A stretch of 64,000 bases of DNA from an uncultured Candidatus Binatia bacterium (lineage in GTDB: Bacteria > Desulfobacterota > Binatia > Bin18), in contig OZ243961.1 of the NCBI GenBank assembly GCA_965214605.1, positions 3,808,001 through 3,872,000 of the forward strand, written 5' to 3'. Below are positions 10,189 through 20,883 of this stretch, piece by piece. Under the pieces are notes generated by a model. The model made no database searches. It was given only the letters and a program-made list of their open reading frames with translations, and was not told where the DNA came from. The position numbers and the translations under genes are program-made. The first letter of the stretch is position 1. Every line of letters begins with the position of its first letter.

Positions 10189-11073
10189 TCAGTATTCGTA
10201 CAGCGACAGCAGACGCTTGATCCCAATCCGTTCCAAATAATCACCGTGCGTCTCGGGCTCTCGATAGTAGTGGTTCAGAAAGTGCTGTAGGGCTGCCGGG
10301 TCATCGTGGTGGGCGGCGTCCGTGGCGGCCCGCACATAGGTTTTCAAAAACTCGTTGTCTGTAATGTAATAACCACGGCTATAAAACGGATGCGCGCCGT
10401 AGGGCATGCGCACGATGCCGTCCGCGGCGGCAATGGTCGTCGCCCATGGATTGCTGCGGATATCCTCGTTGGCGATGATTTTTTCAACCTGGACGATCGT
10501 CCGCTCGGCCGCCCGGTACAGAAACAGATCGAGCCAACCCGGCCCACCAAAGTGCTGGACATTCCCGTAGACGTCCGAGGTGGCGGCATGTAAGAGGGTG
10601 ACATCGGGTCTGATCGCAGGCACGGCCAGTAAAGTCTCACCCTTGATCGGGTCGGTGATGATTTTGAGATCGGGGTTAACCTCGGGCAGCGAGGTGCCAA
10701 CCCCGCCACGCCAGGGAAGAAACGGCAGATCCTGGGCTGCGGCCCGCAACCCAGCCGTTAAGATGCCCTCTTCGCACTCCCAGGTTTCGACCTGGCCCTG
10801 CTCAACCGCGTGCCGGAACGAGGGGGCGACGGCCACTCCAAAACCGCCGCCGGCGTAGTAGCTGACGGCTTTGGTGACACACCGGGCGGCAATCAGCAAA
10901 TCCAGAGACAGGCCACTAGCCACGACAGTGAGGTTTTTCACGTTGCGCCGGATGATATGCCGCAGCAGAGCCATCGGGGCAGGTTCTCCGACCGCAACCG
11001 TCATGCCGTCCTCAATCCAGCTTGCGGCATCCGCCTCGTCGAGCAGGTGGTGGGTTCGTTCTTCTGCGGACAT
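10189..11073 (-). CDS. Class I CoA-transferase-like alpha subunit (GctA/IpdA-like)
   Basis: IEDGMTVAVG, EEGIL.AGLRAAAQDLPFLPWRGGVGT, VPAIRPDV.LLHA..SDVYGN, PYGAHP. Confidence 0.85.
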   Translation of the reverse strand: MSAEERTHHLLDEADAASWIEDGMTVAVGEPAPMALLRHIIRRNVKNLTVVASGLSLDLLIAARCVTKAVSYYAGGGFGVAVAPSFRHAVEQGQVETWECEEGILTAGLRAAAQDLPFLPWRGGVGTSLPEVNPDLKIITDPIKGETLLAVPAIRPDVTLLHAATSDVYGNVQHFGGPGWLDLFLYRAAERTIVQVEKIIANEDIRSNPWATTIAAADGIVRMPYGAHPFYSRGYYITDNEFLKTYVRAATDAAHHDDPAALQHFLNHYYREPETHGDYLERIGIKRLLSLYEY

Positions 11074-11194
11074 AGGCTATGCTTTCCTCTTTGCCCTTGT
11101 GAAGGGATATATATGATAAGAAACCGGAAAAATCAAAGGCAAATGTCAAAACTGGAAACACTCACACCTTGGTGTGAAGTCAGGAGGCAGAAGG

Positions 11195-11908
11195 ATGGCA
11201 CAAAGTGATCGTATTGCGGTTGTTGCTGGGGTTGGAGCGGGTATTGGAGCGCGTTTTGTTGAAACCTTCGCACAGGAGGGGTATCAAGTGGTCGCCCTGG
11301 CACGCAATCAGCAGTCGCTTGATCAGATTCGGGACGGACTCGGTCGCCTAGCCGAGCGGTGTGTATTTTGGACGACCGATATTGCCGATCAAGCCCAGGT
11401 CGCGGCGACCTTTGAACGCGTACGCAGTGAACTCGGGCCGGTTCGGCTGCTGATTGCCAACGCCAGCGCGGCTAAACGTGGCTCGTTTCTCGACCTGACT
11501 CCGGATGAGTTTGAGAACCATTTGCGTGGCTGTACGTTCGGGCCGTTTCTGTGTGCCAAACAGGCAATTCCTGACATGCTGGCCAATGGTGGAGGGGCGG
11601 TCGTGTATATCGGCGCGACTAGCTCAGTAAAGGGATACGCCAGATCATCCGGTTTTGCACCGGGAAAGTTTGCCCTGAGAGCTCTGGCTCAGTGTAATGC
11701 CCGGGAATTTGGACCGCAGGGGATTCATGTCTTTCACGTGATTATCGACGGTGGGATTGACAGTGTACCGCTGGGTGAAGACCGAGCCTGTCGGCCCGGC
11801 CTGTTAGACTCCCGCTCCATCGCCCGGGTGATAGCCCAAGCCGTCGCCCAGCCGTGTGATACCTGGATGCAGGAGTTTGATATCCGGCCCGCCGAAGAGA
11901 GCTTTTAG
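11195..11908 (+). CDS. SDR family oxidoreductase
   Basis: VAGVGAGIG, GATSSVKG, F.PGKFALRALAQ..AREFGPQGIHV.HVIIDG. Confidence 0.9.
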   Translation: MAQSDRIAVVAGVGAGIGARFVETFAQEGYQVVALARNQQSLDQIRDGLGRLAERCVFWTTDIADQAQVAATFERVRSELGPVRLLIANASAAKRGSFLDLTPDEFENHLRGCTFGPFLCAKQAIPDMLANGGGAVVYIGATSSVKGYARSSGFAPGKFALRALAQCNAREFGPQGIHVFHVIIDGGIDSVPLGEDRACRPGLLDSRSIARVIAQAVAQPCDTWMQEFDIRPAEESF

Positions 11909-11990
11909 AGCGGTCATCGTTTTCTCCATTGCTGATCTCATACTGCCCTGCGGAGCGCGGGGACGCCACCTACAGAAGAGAGGAACACCA

Positions 11991-12857
11991 ATGAAAGAAT
12001 TTTCCGGTCGAGTTGCTGTTGTCACCGGAGCTGCCAGCGGAATTGGTCGGGCGCTCGTTGAGCGGTTTGCCGCTGCTGAGATGAAAGTGGTGCTGGCCGA
12101 CGTTGAGGCTGAGGCGCTGAAGGCCGCTGAACAAGACCTGAAAGATCGAGGCGCGGACGTCCTTGGAGTTGTGACCGACGTCTCTCAAGCCGACCAAGTC
12201 GAAAGCCTGGCTCACAGCAGCTTAGACACCTTCGGCGGCGTGCATATTGTCTGCAACAATGCCGGCGTTGGTGCGGGCGGTCTTACCTGGAATCATTCGC
12301 TCCAAGACTGGGAGTGGGTTATTGGCGTCAACCTCTGGGGCGTGATTCACGGCGTACGCACCTTTGTGCCCATCATGCTGGAGCAAAACACCGAAGGTCA
12401 TATCGTCAATACCGCTTCCATGGCCGGGCTGGTGTCCGGGCCGTTTCTGAGCATCTACGACGTGACCAAACACGGGGTGGTGACGCTATCCGAGTCGCTC
12501 CACTACGAACTCATGCTGCAGGCGGCCCAGGTCAAAGTGTCGGTCTTGTGCCCGGGCTTCGTCAGAACAAACATCCTCGACTCCGAGCGCAACCGGCCGG
12601 CCGAGTTGCAGCCCACCAAGCAAGAGCCAGACGAAGCCGGTCAGGCTATGGACCAGACCTTTCGTCAGTTTATTGAACAGGGCATGCCGCCTACCGAGCT
12701 TGCAGAGAAAGTCTTTACCGCCATTCAAGACGAGACATTCTATATTCTTCCCCATCCAGAACTGTTGGAGACGGTGCGTTCGCGTATGGAAGATATTCTG
12801 GAGCAGCGCAATCCGACGCTGGCCATGCCAGGATTTTTTGGCGCGTCAGGGAACTGA
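11991..12857 (+). CDS. SDR family NAD(P)-dependent oxidoreductase
   Basis: TGAASGIG, NNAGV, NTASMAG, YDVTK (YxxxK). Confidence 0.9.
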   Translation: MKEFSGRVAVVTGAASGIGRALVERFAAAEMKVVLADVEAEALKAAEQDLKDRGADVLGVVTDVSQADQVESLAHSSLDTFGGVHIVCNNAGVGAGGLTWNHSLQDWEWVIGVNLWGVIHGVRTFVPIMLEQNTEGHIVNTASMAGLVSGPFLSIYDVTKHGVVTLSESLHYELMLQAAQVKVSVLCPGFVRTNILDSERNRPAELQPTKQEPDEAGQAMDQTFRQFIEQGMPPTELAEKVFTAIQDETFYILPHPELLETVRSRMEDILEQRNPTLAMPGFFGASGN

Positions 12858-13499
12858 TGATTCCGACCGACATGATTCGCCCGGCGTCGGGCACCCAGGG
12901 TGCATCGGTTTGGCTTGCGAAGTCTGGCAAAGCTGAGCAGCTTTTGCCTGCTCGGCCGATGACCCGAGCTCACCGAACACCCGAACCTGTGACAAATCTG
13001 CCCGGGCCAGGTTTGCCGAGAGGGACCAAACCGAACGCGCTACCCTCTCCGGTGTGATAGCCCTAATGATTGTTAATGATATTTGACAAAGATTGACGAA
13101 TGACAACACAGGGCTCTTGCTGCCCTTGCTTGAAGCGACGGATGAAGACGATCAGTCGTCGGGGCCCATAATCCGGGAAGAGGCCGCAGTCAAAACAATG
13201 TCGGCGCACGGGTCGTCCGCGATCTCAGGACATGCAGCCAAATCTATTCTTGAAGCCGATCTTGAGGAAGCGGACGGCATGCACAGCCCTATCTCGGTCG
13301 GTTTTCGCGTCGAAAGCCATTAGGCCTTTGTCGCTGAGATATTCGAGAGGCCGGCGAGCTTGGAGATGATTGACGAACTGCAAACATTCCTGGGAACCGC
13401 AACGCAGGGGAATACCCGCAGACGGCTTCTCGACCGTGGAAAGGCCTAGGTGATCATACGGCGAGCGGGGCAATTCCCCGACGACGCGCCGAGACGCTC

Positions 13500-14135
13500 G
13501 ACATGGACCTTTCCGAGTACGGCTTTTCTTTGCTGCGGGCCTCTCTCACGCTGCCCGAGCGTGAAGGGAATGACTATATATGTCTGGCGGGACGGATTTC
13601 TCAAGGCCGGAAATGGCCCTCGTGCGCAACGGCTGCCCGTTGCTGTTACTCAAGGATGCGGACGCGTGCTGGACTGTCAAGCATGGTGTGGTGGACTATG
13701 GCTACAAGACTTACGGCAGCGTGGACCGGGAGTTTGGACTCGTCCGAGGGGGGTGAGGTACCCGATGCGGCGTGTCACGACAGCCGGCTATTTGAACCGG
13801 TGTTGGATGAGACGCGTACCGGCGGGGAGGCGTGGGCGGACAGCGCCTATCAGAGTCGAGAGCGGGAACGGTTGCCTGGCTATAAGTAAGGAGGGCACGG
13901 TCGGATTCACCGCAGAGTTCACCGGAACCGGCCGCTGAGTGCTCGGTTCCGGCAGTCCGAGCGCAAGCGTTCGAAGAGACGCGCTGTGGTGGAACATGTC
14001 TTTGCTCAGCAAGAAGTGGCGGGTGGCGGTGAGTCGAGACCGTTGGCTTGTCGCGAGCCTGGGTCAAAATCGGCATGATGAATCTGGTGTACAACCTGCG
14101 CCGGCTCGCGTGGCTCAAGGCGAATCGCCCTCCGG
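13500..14135 (+). mobile_element. Degenerate IS5-family transposase remnant
   Basis: Fragments in shifting frames: A.CHDSRLFEPVLD...WADSAY, RSK.RAVVEHVFAQQ, R.WVKIGMMNLVYNLRRL. Confidence 0.7.
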
Positions 14136-14385
14136 TTTATCGGTATACCGTAAATTGAAGTTCAAGAAGGGAGGCATTTCGTCCTGGAATCGAGGAATTG
14201 ATTGACAGACCGAGCCGCTTGGGTTACATTTCTTGCCATCAGCTGTGCCTGAATCGCTCCTGCGTTCTGGTCGCGACAACACGAATCCCGGTAGACCGCA
14301 CTATCGGCGATTTGCATCTCCCGCCAGAGTCAGGCAACTTTGAGAACCTCCCGCAAGAGAATGGTCAAAAGCAGGGAGTCCCCGG

Positions 14386-14600
14386 TTGACCGCTGAAATA
14401 CTTATCCGCGACGGACAAGTCCTGACCGGGCCACTGTTCAGCGAGCTGATGCGGGTGGAGACCGTTCGCTCGAACGGGCCCGGCATCTGGGTTGCGGGAC
14501 TCGTCGGTCAGCGTTCCAAGCGGTTCCGCCGGGTGATGCTGACCTTGGACGACATCTCGAATCTGATCATCGTCGACTCCGCGCTCTCCTACCAACGGCG
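14386..14600 (+). pseudogene. N-terminal fragment of a SNF2-type helicase of the DUF499/DUF1156-associated type
   Basis: GQVLTGPLFSELMRVETVRSNGPGIWVAGLVGQRSKRFRRV.LT resembles, from memory, the N-terminus of these helicases. Truncated after ~70 aa. Confidence 0.5.
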
Positions 14601-14801
14601 ACGGCCGACATCGCCTCCCGCTTCCGTGCTCCGCCTATGTGCGGCTGCTCTCGGTCAACAGCATGCGCCCTCAAGACGAAGCTAAAGCCGGGATGGGCGG
14701 TCGGCTCGTCAATCGCGGGTGTGGGGCGGGCTCAGCTTCGGGATTGGCCCCACAGTCGAAGGCCGCCTTGCCGGATGAAGTTACAACCGGAGGCTATATC
14801 G

Positions 14802-15188
14802 ATGGAGGCAAAACTCAAACATCTTGAATTCATTCAGGGCGTGATCAACCGCCTCGCCACCGATTCGTTCCGCATGAAGGGATGGGCTGTGGTCCTGGTC
14901 TCCGCCCTTCTACTCCTGCTGGCGAGGGAAGGGCGCCTGGAGTTCACCTGGATCGGTTTCACCCCGGTGCTCGCCTTCTGGGGCCTCGATGGCTATTTCC
15001 TGTGGCAGGAACGGCTGTTCCGAGACTTGTATGATCACGTCCGAGCGCTGGGCAAAAACGATATAGATTTCTCGATGGACGCCAGCGTCTTCAAAAGAAC
15101 CTGGTTGGCTGCGACGTTTTCCATCACGCTGGTCCCCTTCTATACCGCGTTGGCTCTCTCCGTCTGCCTTGCGATGATCATCGGCTAA
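14802..15188 (+). CDS. Small 3-TM membrane protein (KHLEFIQ.VI.R...SF..KGW family, defence-island associated)
   Basis: GGAGG RBS. MEAKLKHLEFIQGVINRLATDSFRMKGW...FWGLDGYFLWQERLFRDLYDHVR with hydrophobic segments. Confidence 0.75.
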   Translation: MEAKLKHLEFIQGVINRLATDSFRMKGWAVVLVSALLLLLAREGRLEFTWIGFTPVLAFWGLDGYFLWQERLFRDLYDHVRALGKNDIDFSMDASVFKRTWLAATFSITLVPFYTALALSVCLAMIIG

Positions 15189-15229
15189 CCTCATTCAAGG
15201 AGGTCTGCTCAATGATGAGGGCCACCGGA

Positions 15230-15530
15230 CCGGCGGGGCACGGATAACGGCGGTGGTAACGCTTCGGCCGGGCGAAAAGGGGCGGCATTACCGGCTGCCG
15301 TCCGAGGCGGACTACGCGGCGGCCAAGAGCGATGCGCCGAGACCCTCGACGAATGGGAACGCGGAGGCAGGCAGGGGCTCTGCCCGCTACCGGACGAGCC
15401 GACGCCTGTGGGAGGTGGTTCGGGAGCTGGACGCACCTTCAGCACGGCATGCTCTGGTGGGACAACCTGTTCACGGCGCGGCAGAAGGCGACGTTGGTGA
15501 GTGTCATGATGCTCGTGGATCAATTGGAGA
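15230..15530 (+). pseudogene. Internal fragment of a DUF1156 adenine DNA methylase
   Basis: AVVTLRPGEKGRHYRLP..ADY / CPLPDEPTP.GGGSGAGR / GMLWWDNLFTARQK (cf. YGM..W.DLFT.RQ). Confidence 0.6.
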
Positions 15531-16336
15531 AGGACTGTTGCCGCGAGAAGAATGGCATTGTCACTAGGCGACGACACTGCAACACGCTGACTCAGTGGCA
15601 GGAGTGAGATCGTAGCTGACGCCTTTAGTATGCAAATTCTCCCTAATGTCTTGGGATTTTCCCGAGATGCATCCGCCGGTACCGTATGCCGGTGGTCTTT
15701 TCGACGCGATTGATGGAGTTGCAGAAACAACGTCATTGATTCGCATGCCCCTTAGTCAATCAGGACAATCTGAGACCATCGACGCCGTCAGACATCCTCA
15801 TTCCTGACCAGACTGCCAGAGTCTGGTTCACCGATCCGCTCTACTACGACGCCGTTCCCTATGCCGTTCCGACTTCTTCCTAGTCTGGCACAAGCGAACA
15901 CTGCCGGGTAATCCCCTCTTGCGGGATCCCTTCGATCTGCAGAGCTCTCTCTTACAGAAGAACGCGCAGGCCGTTCGGGACAAAACCAAGCGTTGTCGAT
16001 GGCCGGCCAAAGGTATCACGCCCCTCCTATCCACCGACGATCTGCCCCACTCCAAAGATCTTCCGCGTTCCGAGATGCGCAACAAGAGCGCCCTCGTCCA
16101 TGTGGTTGCAGAATCGGCCCGGGTCCATGATCTTCTTTAGGTGTACTTTCGCTTCTCTGAGAGATGCCTTGTATTGAGGCCAAAGACCATAGCCTCTGGG
16201 ACCATTCAGCATAACAGCCCACATGAGACACAGAGATCCACGTAAGTACGCTCTCCGCCGCCGGCCGTCTGCAGCCAGAGAGTTTTTCCCTTGATATCCA
16301 CCGATTTTCTCCTTGTCCAAACTACCAAGGGGGTGT

Positions 16337-17650
16337 TCAAGCCAGCAGCCGCCTGCCGGTATAGATCAGGCTGAAAACGCTCAGAAAGATAATCCCAATA
16401 ATGCCCAGCAGCCGAAGCCAATCCGGCGGTCGAGCGTTTTTGGGCATAGACCTGCCAACCACCAGCTTGTAGTTGGCGGCGGCCAGAATCGGGGCGACCA
16501 GAAACGATATGATCGTTGCCAGATCAACTAGGGTAGTAAAACTGGTCAGAAACTGGGCGATCATCCAATAGGCACCAACAGCGCTAACAATCACCCACAG
16601 ATTATACATCCGCCGACTCTTTTGACCGGTAAAAAACAACAGCGCACACGTCCGTTCCATCGCCCGTGCATAGCCGTCAAGCACGGCTAGGGTGGTGCTG
16701 AACATGACCGAAAAGGCTGACGCGGCAATAATAATATAGCTCCAGTCGCCCAGCGTTGCGGTGTAGAGCTGTACGACCTGGTTGGTGAATTGAGTGCCGC
16801 TCTGATGGGAGAATGACTGCCCTGAACCGTACATGATGAATGCGCCCAGGGTCATAAAACACACCGCCAGAAAGGCGGTCATGATATAGCCGAGCTTAAA
16901 GTCGAGCAGGGTTTCGTTCATACTTGGCCGATAGTTGGTCTGCTTGATGCGCTCCAGAGTCCACAGGCTGTTCCAGGCCGACAGATCAACCGGGGCTGGC
17001 ATCCAGCCCATCAGCGCGATCAGAAACGCGAAACCCGAGGCCGTCCAGATTTCGGACGAATAGAGGGGAACCGACACGACCGGTCCACGCGTCAGCGTCA
17101 GGATGAAGGCGACAATCGTGGAGACAAACAGGACGACACAGATAATCTTGATGAGATTGTCGAGTAGACTGTACTCTCCGATTAAGAGGACCCCGATACA
17201 CAGAGCTAGCAGAAACAGGGCAGTGGTTGCGGCTGAAATGTCCAAACCTAAAAGATTATTCAACAGTCCGGCGGTAGTGAAGCCAATAGCCGCGTTAATG
17301 ATAAACAGCGGCGCAATAGTAATCAGCAGATACACATACAGCATCCATTTGCCGAGGCGTAGGTAGCCGTCTATCAGACTCTCACCAGTGGCGTTGGTAT
17401 AGCGTGAGGCAGCCTCAAAGGCCGGATATTTGAGCAGATTGGCCACGACGATTGCCCACAGCAGGGCATAGCCGTAGCTGGCCCCGGCCCGTGTTGACTG
17501 AACAAGATGGGAGACGCCTATTGCGGTACTGGCGAACAGTAGTCCCGGACCGAGGGTTTTGAGAAAACGAACGAAGCTGGTATCGGCTTGGGCCGGGCTG
17601 CTCTCAGCCGGCACTGTCCAGCTGGCCGGGGGGGATTCGGTCGTGCTCAT
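16337..17650 (-). CDS. NRAMP-like divalent metal cation transporter
   Basis: LGPGLLFASTAIGVSHLVQSTRAGA.YG, ALMGWMPAP, FSTT.AVLDGYAR, ~11 TM. Confidence 0.85.
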   Translation of the reverse strand: MSTTESPPASWTVPAESSPAQADTSFVRFLKTLGPGLLFASTAIGVSHLVQSTRAGASYGYALLWAIVVANLLKYPAFEAASRYTNATGESLIDGYLRLGKWMLYVYLLITIAPLFIINAAIGFTTAGLLNNLLGLDISAATTALFLLALCIGVLLIGEYSLLDNLIKIICVVLFVSTIVAFILTLTRGPVVSVPLYSSEIWTASGFAFLIALMGWMPAPVDLSAWNSLWTLERIKQTNYRPSMNETLLDFKLGYIMTAFLAVCFMTLGAFIMYGSGQSFSHQSGTQFTNQVVQLYTATLGDWSYIIIAASAFSVMFSTTLAVLDGYARAMERTCALLFFTGQKSRRMYNLWVIVSAVGAYWMIAQFLTSFTTLVDLATIISFLVAPILAAANYKLVVGRSMPKNARPPDWLRLLGIIGIIFLSVFSLIYTGRRLLA

Positions 17651-17846
17651 CGATACAGGGGGCTTTCCTGAGGTCTAATGCCCTGGGAGACGTGTTGCAC
17701 GGCCGGCAGAAGTTTGCGGTATTCCTGGAGGTCTGCTATAGCCATATCCATATCCTTCAACCACGGCTCACTTCGGTGTGTCAAGGATATCACACGTTGA
17801 CTCGCTAGACAGCTCAGGGCACGGATGTGGAGAGCGGGACCCCTCC

Positions 17847-19184
17847 ATGGACATCACCGACATTTTGCACACCGTTCCCGACTACCAAGAGTTTTTCTTA
17901 CCTGACGAGCTGCATGACAACTCGGTGCAACTCGTCGAGAAATTTCCAGATCTGGCCCAACTGTGTCAAATCGGTAGATCTACGGATGGACGACCGATTG
18001 AAGTCCTGACCATCGGCCACGGCTCGCGGACGGCCCTGCTGTTCGGGGTGCCCCATCCTAATGAGCCGATCGGAACGCTCAGCCTCGACTTTTTGAGTCG
18101 CGCGCTGTGCGAGTACCACGATATACGTCAGCAGCTTGATACGACTTTTCTGATCGTCAAAGTGATTGATCCCGATGGGCTGGCACTCAACGCCGGTTGG
18201 CTCAAAGGCGCTTTCTCTCCGCTCCGCTATGCGCTGAACTATTACCGGCCGACCCAGAGCGAACAGGTTGAGTGGAGCTTTCCTATTGACTATAAGACCT
18301 TGCACTTTTCTACTCCGTCGGCCGAGACCCAGGTCCTGATGCGCTTGATGGAGGATTATCGTCCCGACTTTTGTTACTCCCTGCATAATGCCAGTTTTTG
18401 CGGCGTATATTTCTACGCCTCGCGATGTTTGTCGGCCCTGTTCCAGCAGTTTCACCAGCTCGTGGTGGCCCAAGGGCTGGATCTCCATCAGGGCGAGCCT
18501 GAAGTCCCCTATATCCGGCCCTGGACGCAAGCGGTGTATCCGTTTTTCAGCGTCCGCGACAGCTACGATTATATGCGCAAAAACTTCGGGGGAGATCCGG
18601 CTGAGTATATTCTGACCGGGACTAGCTCGGCCGACTATCTGCAAGGCCGGGTGCCCAACGCCCTGACGCTGGTATGTGAGCTGCCGTATTTCACCGCTCC
18701 GGCCCTGGCTGACAGCTCTCCGAGTGGGCGGTCACGGCGTGAGGCACTGCTTGAGGGCATGCGGCGTACGCAAGAGACCGTCAGGCTGATTGAGACCCAT
18801 TTCTCAGCTTTAAAGGAAAAAATCCCCGCCAATCGGCTGTCTCGCTCAGTGGCTGATTATATTCGACGGACTCCGAAACGACTGGCCGCCCAGCTGAAAC
18901 AGATCCAAGATCCGGCCTATGCCGAAGAGGCCACTACAGCCCAGGCGTTTGACGTGTTGGTGTGCCGCAATTTACACCCCGCCCTCTATCTGGGCCAGGT
19001 CTACCGGCTGGCCAAAGAGGCCGGTGAGCGGGCGCGGGCAAATGAAATCCGGGCCCAGATCGAAGAGCGGATACGCCAAATTGAGGCCGAGAGCGATATT
19101 GTGATGCTACCACTCAAGAAGCTAGTCGCAGTCCAAGTCGGCAGTGGCCTCTTGGCTCTGCAGGCCCAAAGGGGATCGGGGTGA
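17847..19184 (+). CDS. M14 family zinc carboxypeptidase
   Basis: IGRSTDGRPI, HPNE (HxxE), DPDG, SLHNA, CELPY. Confidence 0.85.
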   Translation: MDITDILHTVPDYQEFFLPDELHDNSVQLVEKFPDLAQLCQIGRSTDGRPIEVLTIGHGSRTALLFGVPHPNEPIGTLSLDFLSRALCEYHDIRQQLDTTFLIVKVIDPDGLALNAGWLKGAFSPLRYALNYYRPTQSEQVEWSFPIDYKTLHFSTPSAETQVLMRLMEDYRPDFCYSLHNASFCGVYFYASRCLSALFQQFHQLVVAQGLDLHQGEPEVPYIRPWTQAVYPFFSVRDSYDYMRKNFGGDPAEYILTGTSSADYLQGRVPNALTLVCELPYFTAPALADSSPSGRSRREALLEGMRRTQETVRLIETHFSALKEKIPANRLSRSVADYIRRTPKRLAAQLKQIQDPAYAEEATTAQAFDVLVCRNLHPALYLGQVYRLAKEAGERARANEIRAQIEERIRQIEAESDIVMLPLKKLVAVQVGSGLLALQAQRGSG

Positions 19185-19189
19185 GGTCC

Positions 19190-19783
19190 TCATTTAGAAA
19201 ACAGCTGAAATAGACGCTGCCCAATCAGGCCGATAATCGGCGGAAAAAGCAGGCTCGGAATCGCCCGGGCAGCCACAAACGGCCAGCCTAAGAAGGGCAC
19301 CTCCCAACTAAACAGTCGGGTCGGTGAAAGCAGGGCCTTGGCCGTAATGAAGGCGAGCAGGGGGCCAACGGCGACACCTTGCTTGAGGAGTGCGGCGGCG
19401 ATTGGAAACACCACATAGGGACCGCCTGGCATGAGCAGACCGATCAGCCAGCCAATCAAGACGCCGCGAAACCCGGCCTGCTCGCCCATCCACTTAACGA
19501 GCAGTTCGCGGGGAACCAAGACATTAAAAAATCCCGCTAAACAAAACCCTAGCAGCAGCGGTAGCCATACGCCTCGGAACAAGTCCAGGCTGGCTTGCAC
19601 GCCCTTGAGCGGTAGATCTGGTCCTTTGACAAATGCCCAGCCTACCAGGGCCAGGGTCAGCCCGCCCATGATAATAACAGCGGAGTCCACGCCTTGTTTC
19701 CCCTTTGGCCCACCAGGTTTACCGCTGGGCTTAGCCGGTGAATCGGATGACTGCGAGGTGTCGGGTTGTGAATTGTCACTCAT
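19190..19783 (-). CDS. Permease (DUF318/ArsP-like), coupled to pqqE
   Basis: WMGEQAGFRG.LIG..IG..MPGGPYVVFPIAA.L..GV..GP. ATGA overlap with the pqqE stop. Confidence 0.75.
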   Translation of the reverse strand: MSDNSQPDTSQSSDSPAKPSGKPGGPKGKQGVDSAVIIMGGLTLALVGWAFVKGPDLPLKGVQASLDLFRGVWLPLLLGFCLAGFFNVLVPRELLVKWMGEQAGFRGVLIGWLIGLLMPGGPYVVFPIAAALLKQGVAVGPLLAFITAKALLSPTRLFSWEVPFLGWPFVAARAIPSLLFPPIIGLIGQRLFQLFSK

Positions 19784-20883
19784 GAGAGAGCCGACAAACG
19801 CTGGCTGTTTTTTACGTTGCGGTAGATCAGACTCGGTTGGTCTTCTATCGGCTGGGCTGCGGCCTGCACCACCACCTCATGTCGCGGGGAGAGTTTACAC
19901 ACCGGGTCGGTTGCCGCGGCGTCGCCGGTCAGCAGAAATGCCTGACACCGACACCCGCCAAAATCCTCCTCTTTGCGCGGACAGCTGCGACACGGCTCCT
20001 GCATCCAGTCATAGCCGCGAAAGGCGTTCAGCCCAGGCGAATCAAGCCAGATTTCGGTCAGCGGCCGGTTCTTAACACTCTCAAACCGCAGTTGCTCAAT
20101 CGCGTGTGCGGCGTGGCAGGGGAGGACTTCGCCGATTGGCGTGATGCACATATAGCTGCGGGCCCAGCCGCCCGAACAGGCTTTGGGTGCGTCTTCATAG
20201 TAGTCGATTTTGACAAAGGCAATCTCCATCGTGCCTTGGTACTTTTTCCGTGCTTCCCGTGCGATGGCCTCGGCGCGTTCGTATTTGTCAAGGGACGGTA
20301 GCAGGGCACGGCGATTTTCAAACGCCCAGGCGTAGTACTGGGCATTGGCCAGCTCAATCCGCTGAGCGCCAAGCTCGCCCGCCTGGTCAATCAACTCGGG
20401 CACCCGTTCGATGTTCAGATTGTGCAGGACAACGTTAATCGTCAGCGGGTAGCCGAGCCGTTTAATGAGCCGGGCGACCTCGAGTTTCTTGTCGTACGAT
20501 CTGAGGCCGGCCACCAACTCGGCCGGCCCACGCTCGGTGTCCTGGAGGCTGAGCTGAATATGCTCCAGACCGCAGTCGTGAAATTCTTTCAACTTCTCCT
20601 CGTTCAGCAGCGTCCCGCTGGTGATCAGGTTCGTGTACAGGTCACACTCCCGGGCGTGCCGAATCAGGGCCGGAATATCGTTGCGGACCAGCGGCTCGCC
20701 GCCCGACAGGTGGACTTGGACAACGCCCAGCTCAGCTGCGTCCGTAAACGTTTGGCACCACTGCTCGGTGCTGAGTTCGCCTTGCATGGCGTGGAACTCA
20801 AGCGGGTTGGAACAATATAGACACTTGAGCGGACAGCGGTAGGTCAGTTCGGCGACTAGGGTATAGGGGCGCGGGGCAGACAT
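19780..20883 (-). CDS. pqqE: PQQ biosynthesis radical SAM protein PqqE
   Basis: AELTYRCPLKCLYCSNP (CxxxCxxC), SGGEP, SPASM motifs PKAC.GGW, PCH, C..C..DFGGCRCQA. Confidence 0.97.
   Translation of the reverse strand: MSAPRPYTLVAELTYRCPLKCLYCSNPLEFHAMQGELSTEQWCQTFTDAAELGVVQVHLSGGEPLVRNDIPALIRHARECDLYTNLITSGTLLNEEKLKEFHDCGLEHIQLSLQDTERGPAELVAGLRSYDKKLEVARLIKRLGYPLTINVVLHNLNIERVPELIDQAGELGAQRIELANAQYYAWAFENRRALLPSLDKYERAEAIAREARKKYQGTMEIAFVKIDYYEDAPKACSGGWARSYMCITPIGEVLPCHAAHAIEQLRFESVKNRPLTEIWLDSPGLNAFRGYDWMQEPCRSCPRKEEDFGGCRCQAFLLTGDAAATDPVCKLSPRHEVVVQAAAQPIEDQPSLIYRNVKNSQRLSALS

Noticed and set aside
13093-13473. Short ORFs on both strands before the IS5 remnant
   Set aside because: Probably decayed gene fragments, and I cannot identify them.
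15830-16320. Fragment resembling an McrB/EVE-like N-terminus (F.N.M.EG..VAH.G..KIFGVG.I.G)
   Set aside because: Too short and interrupted to support a call.
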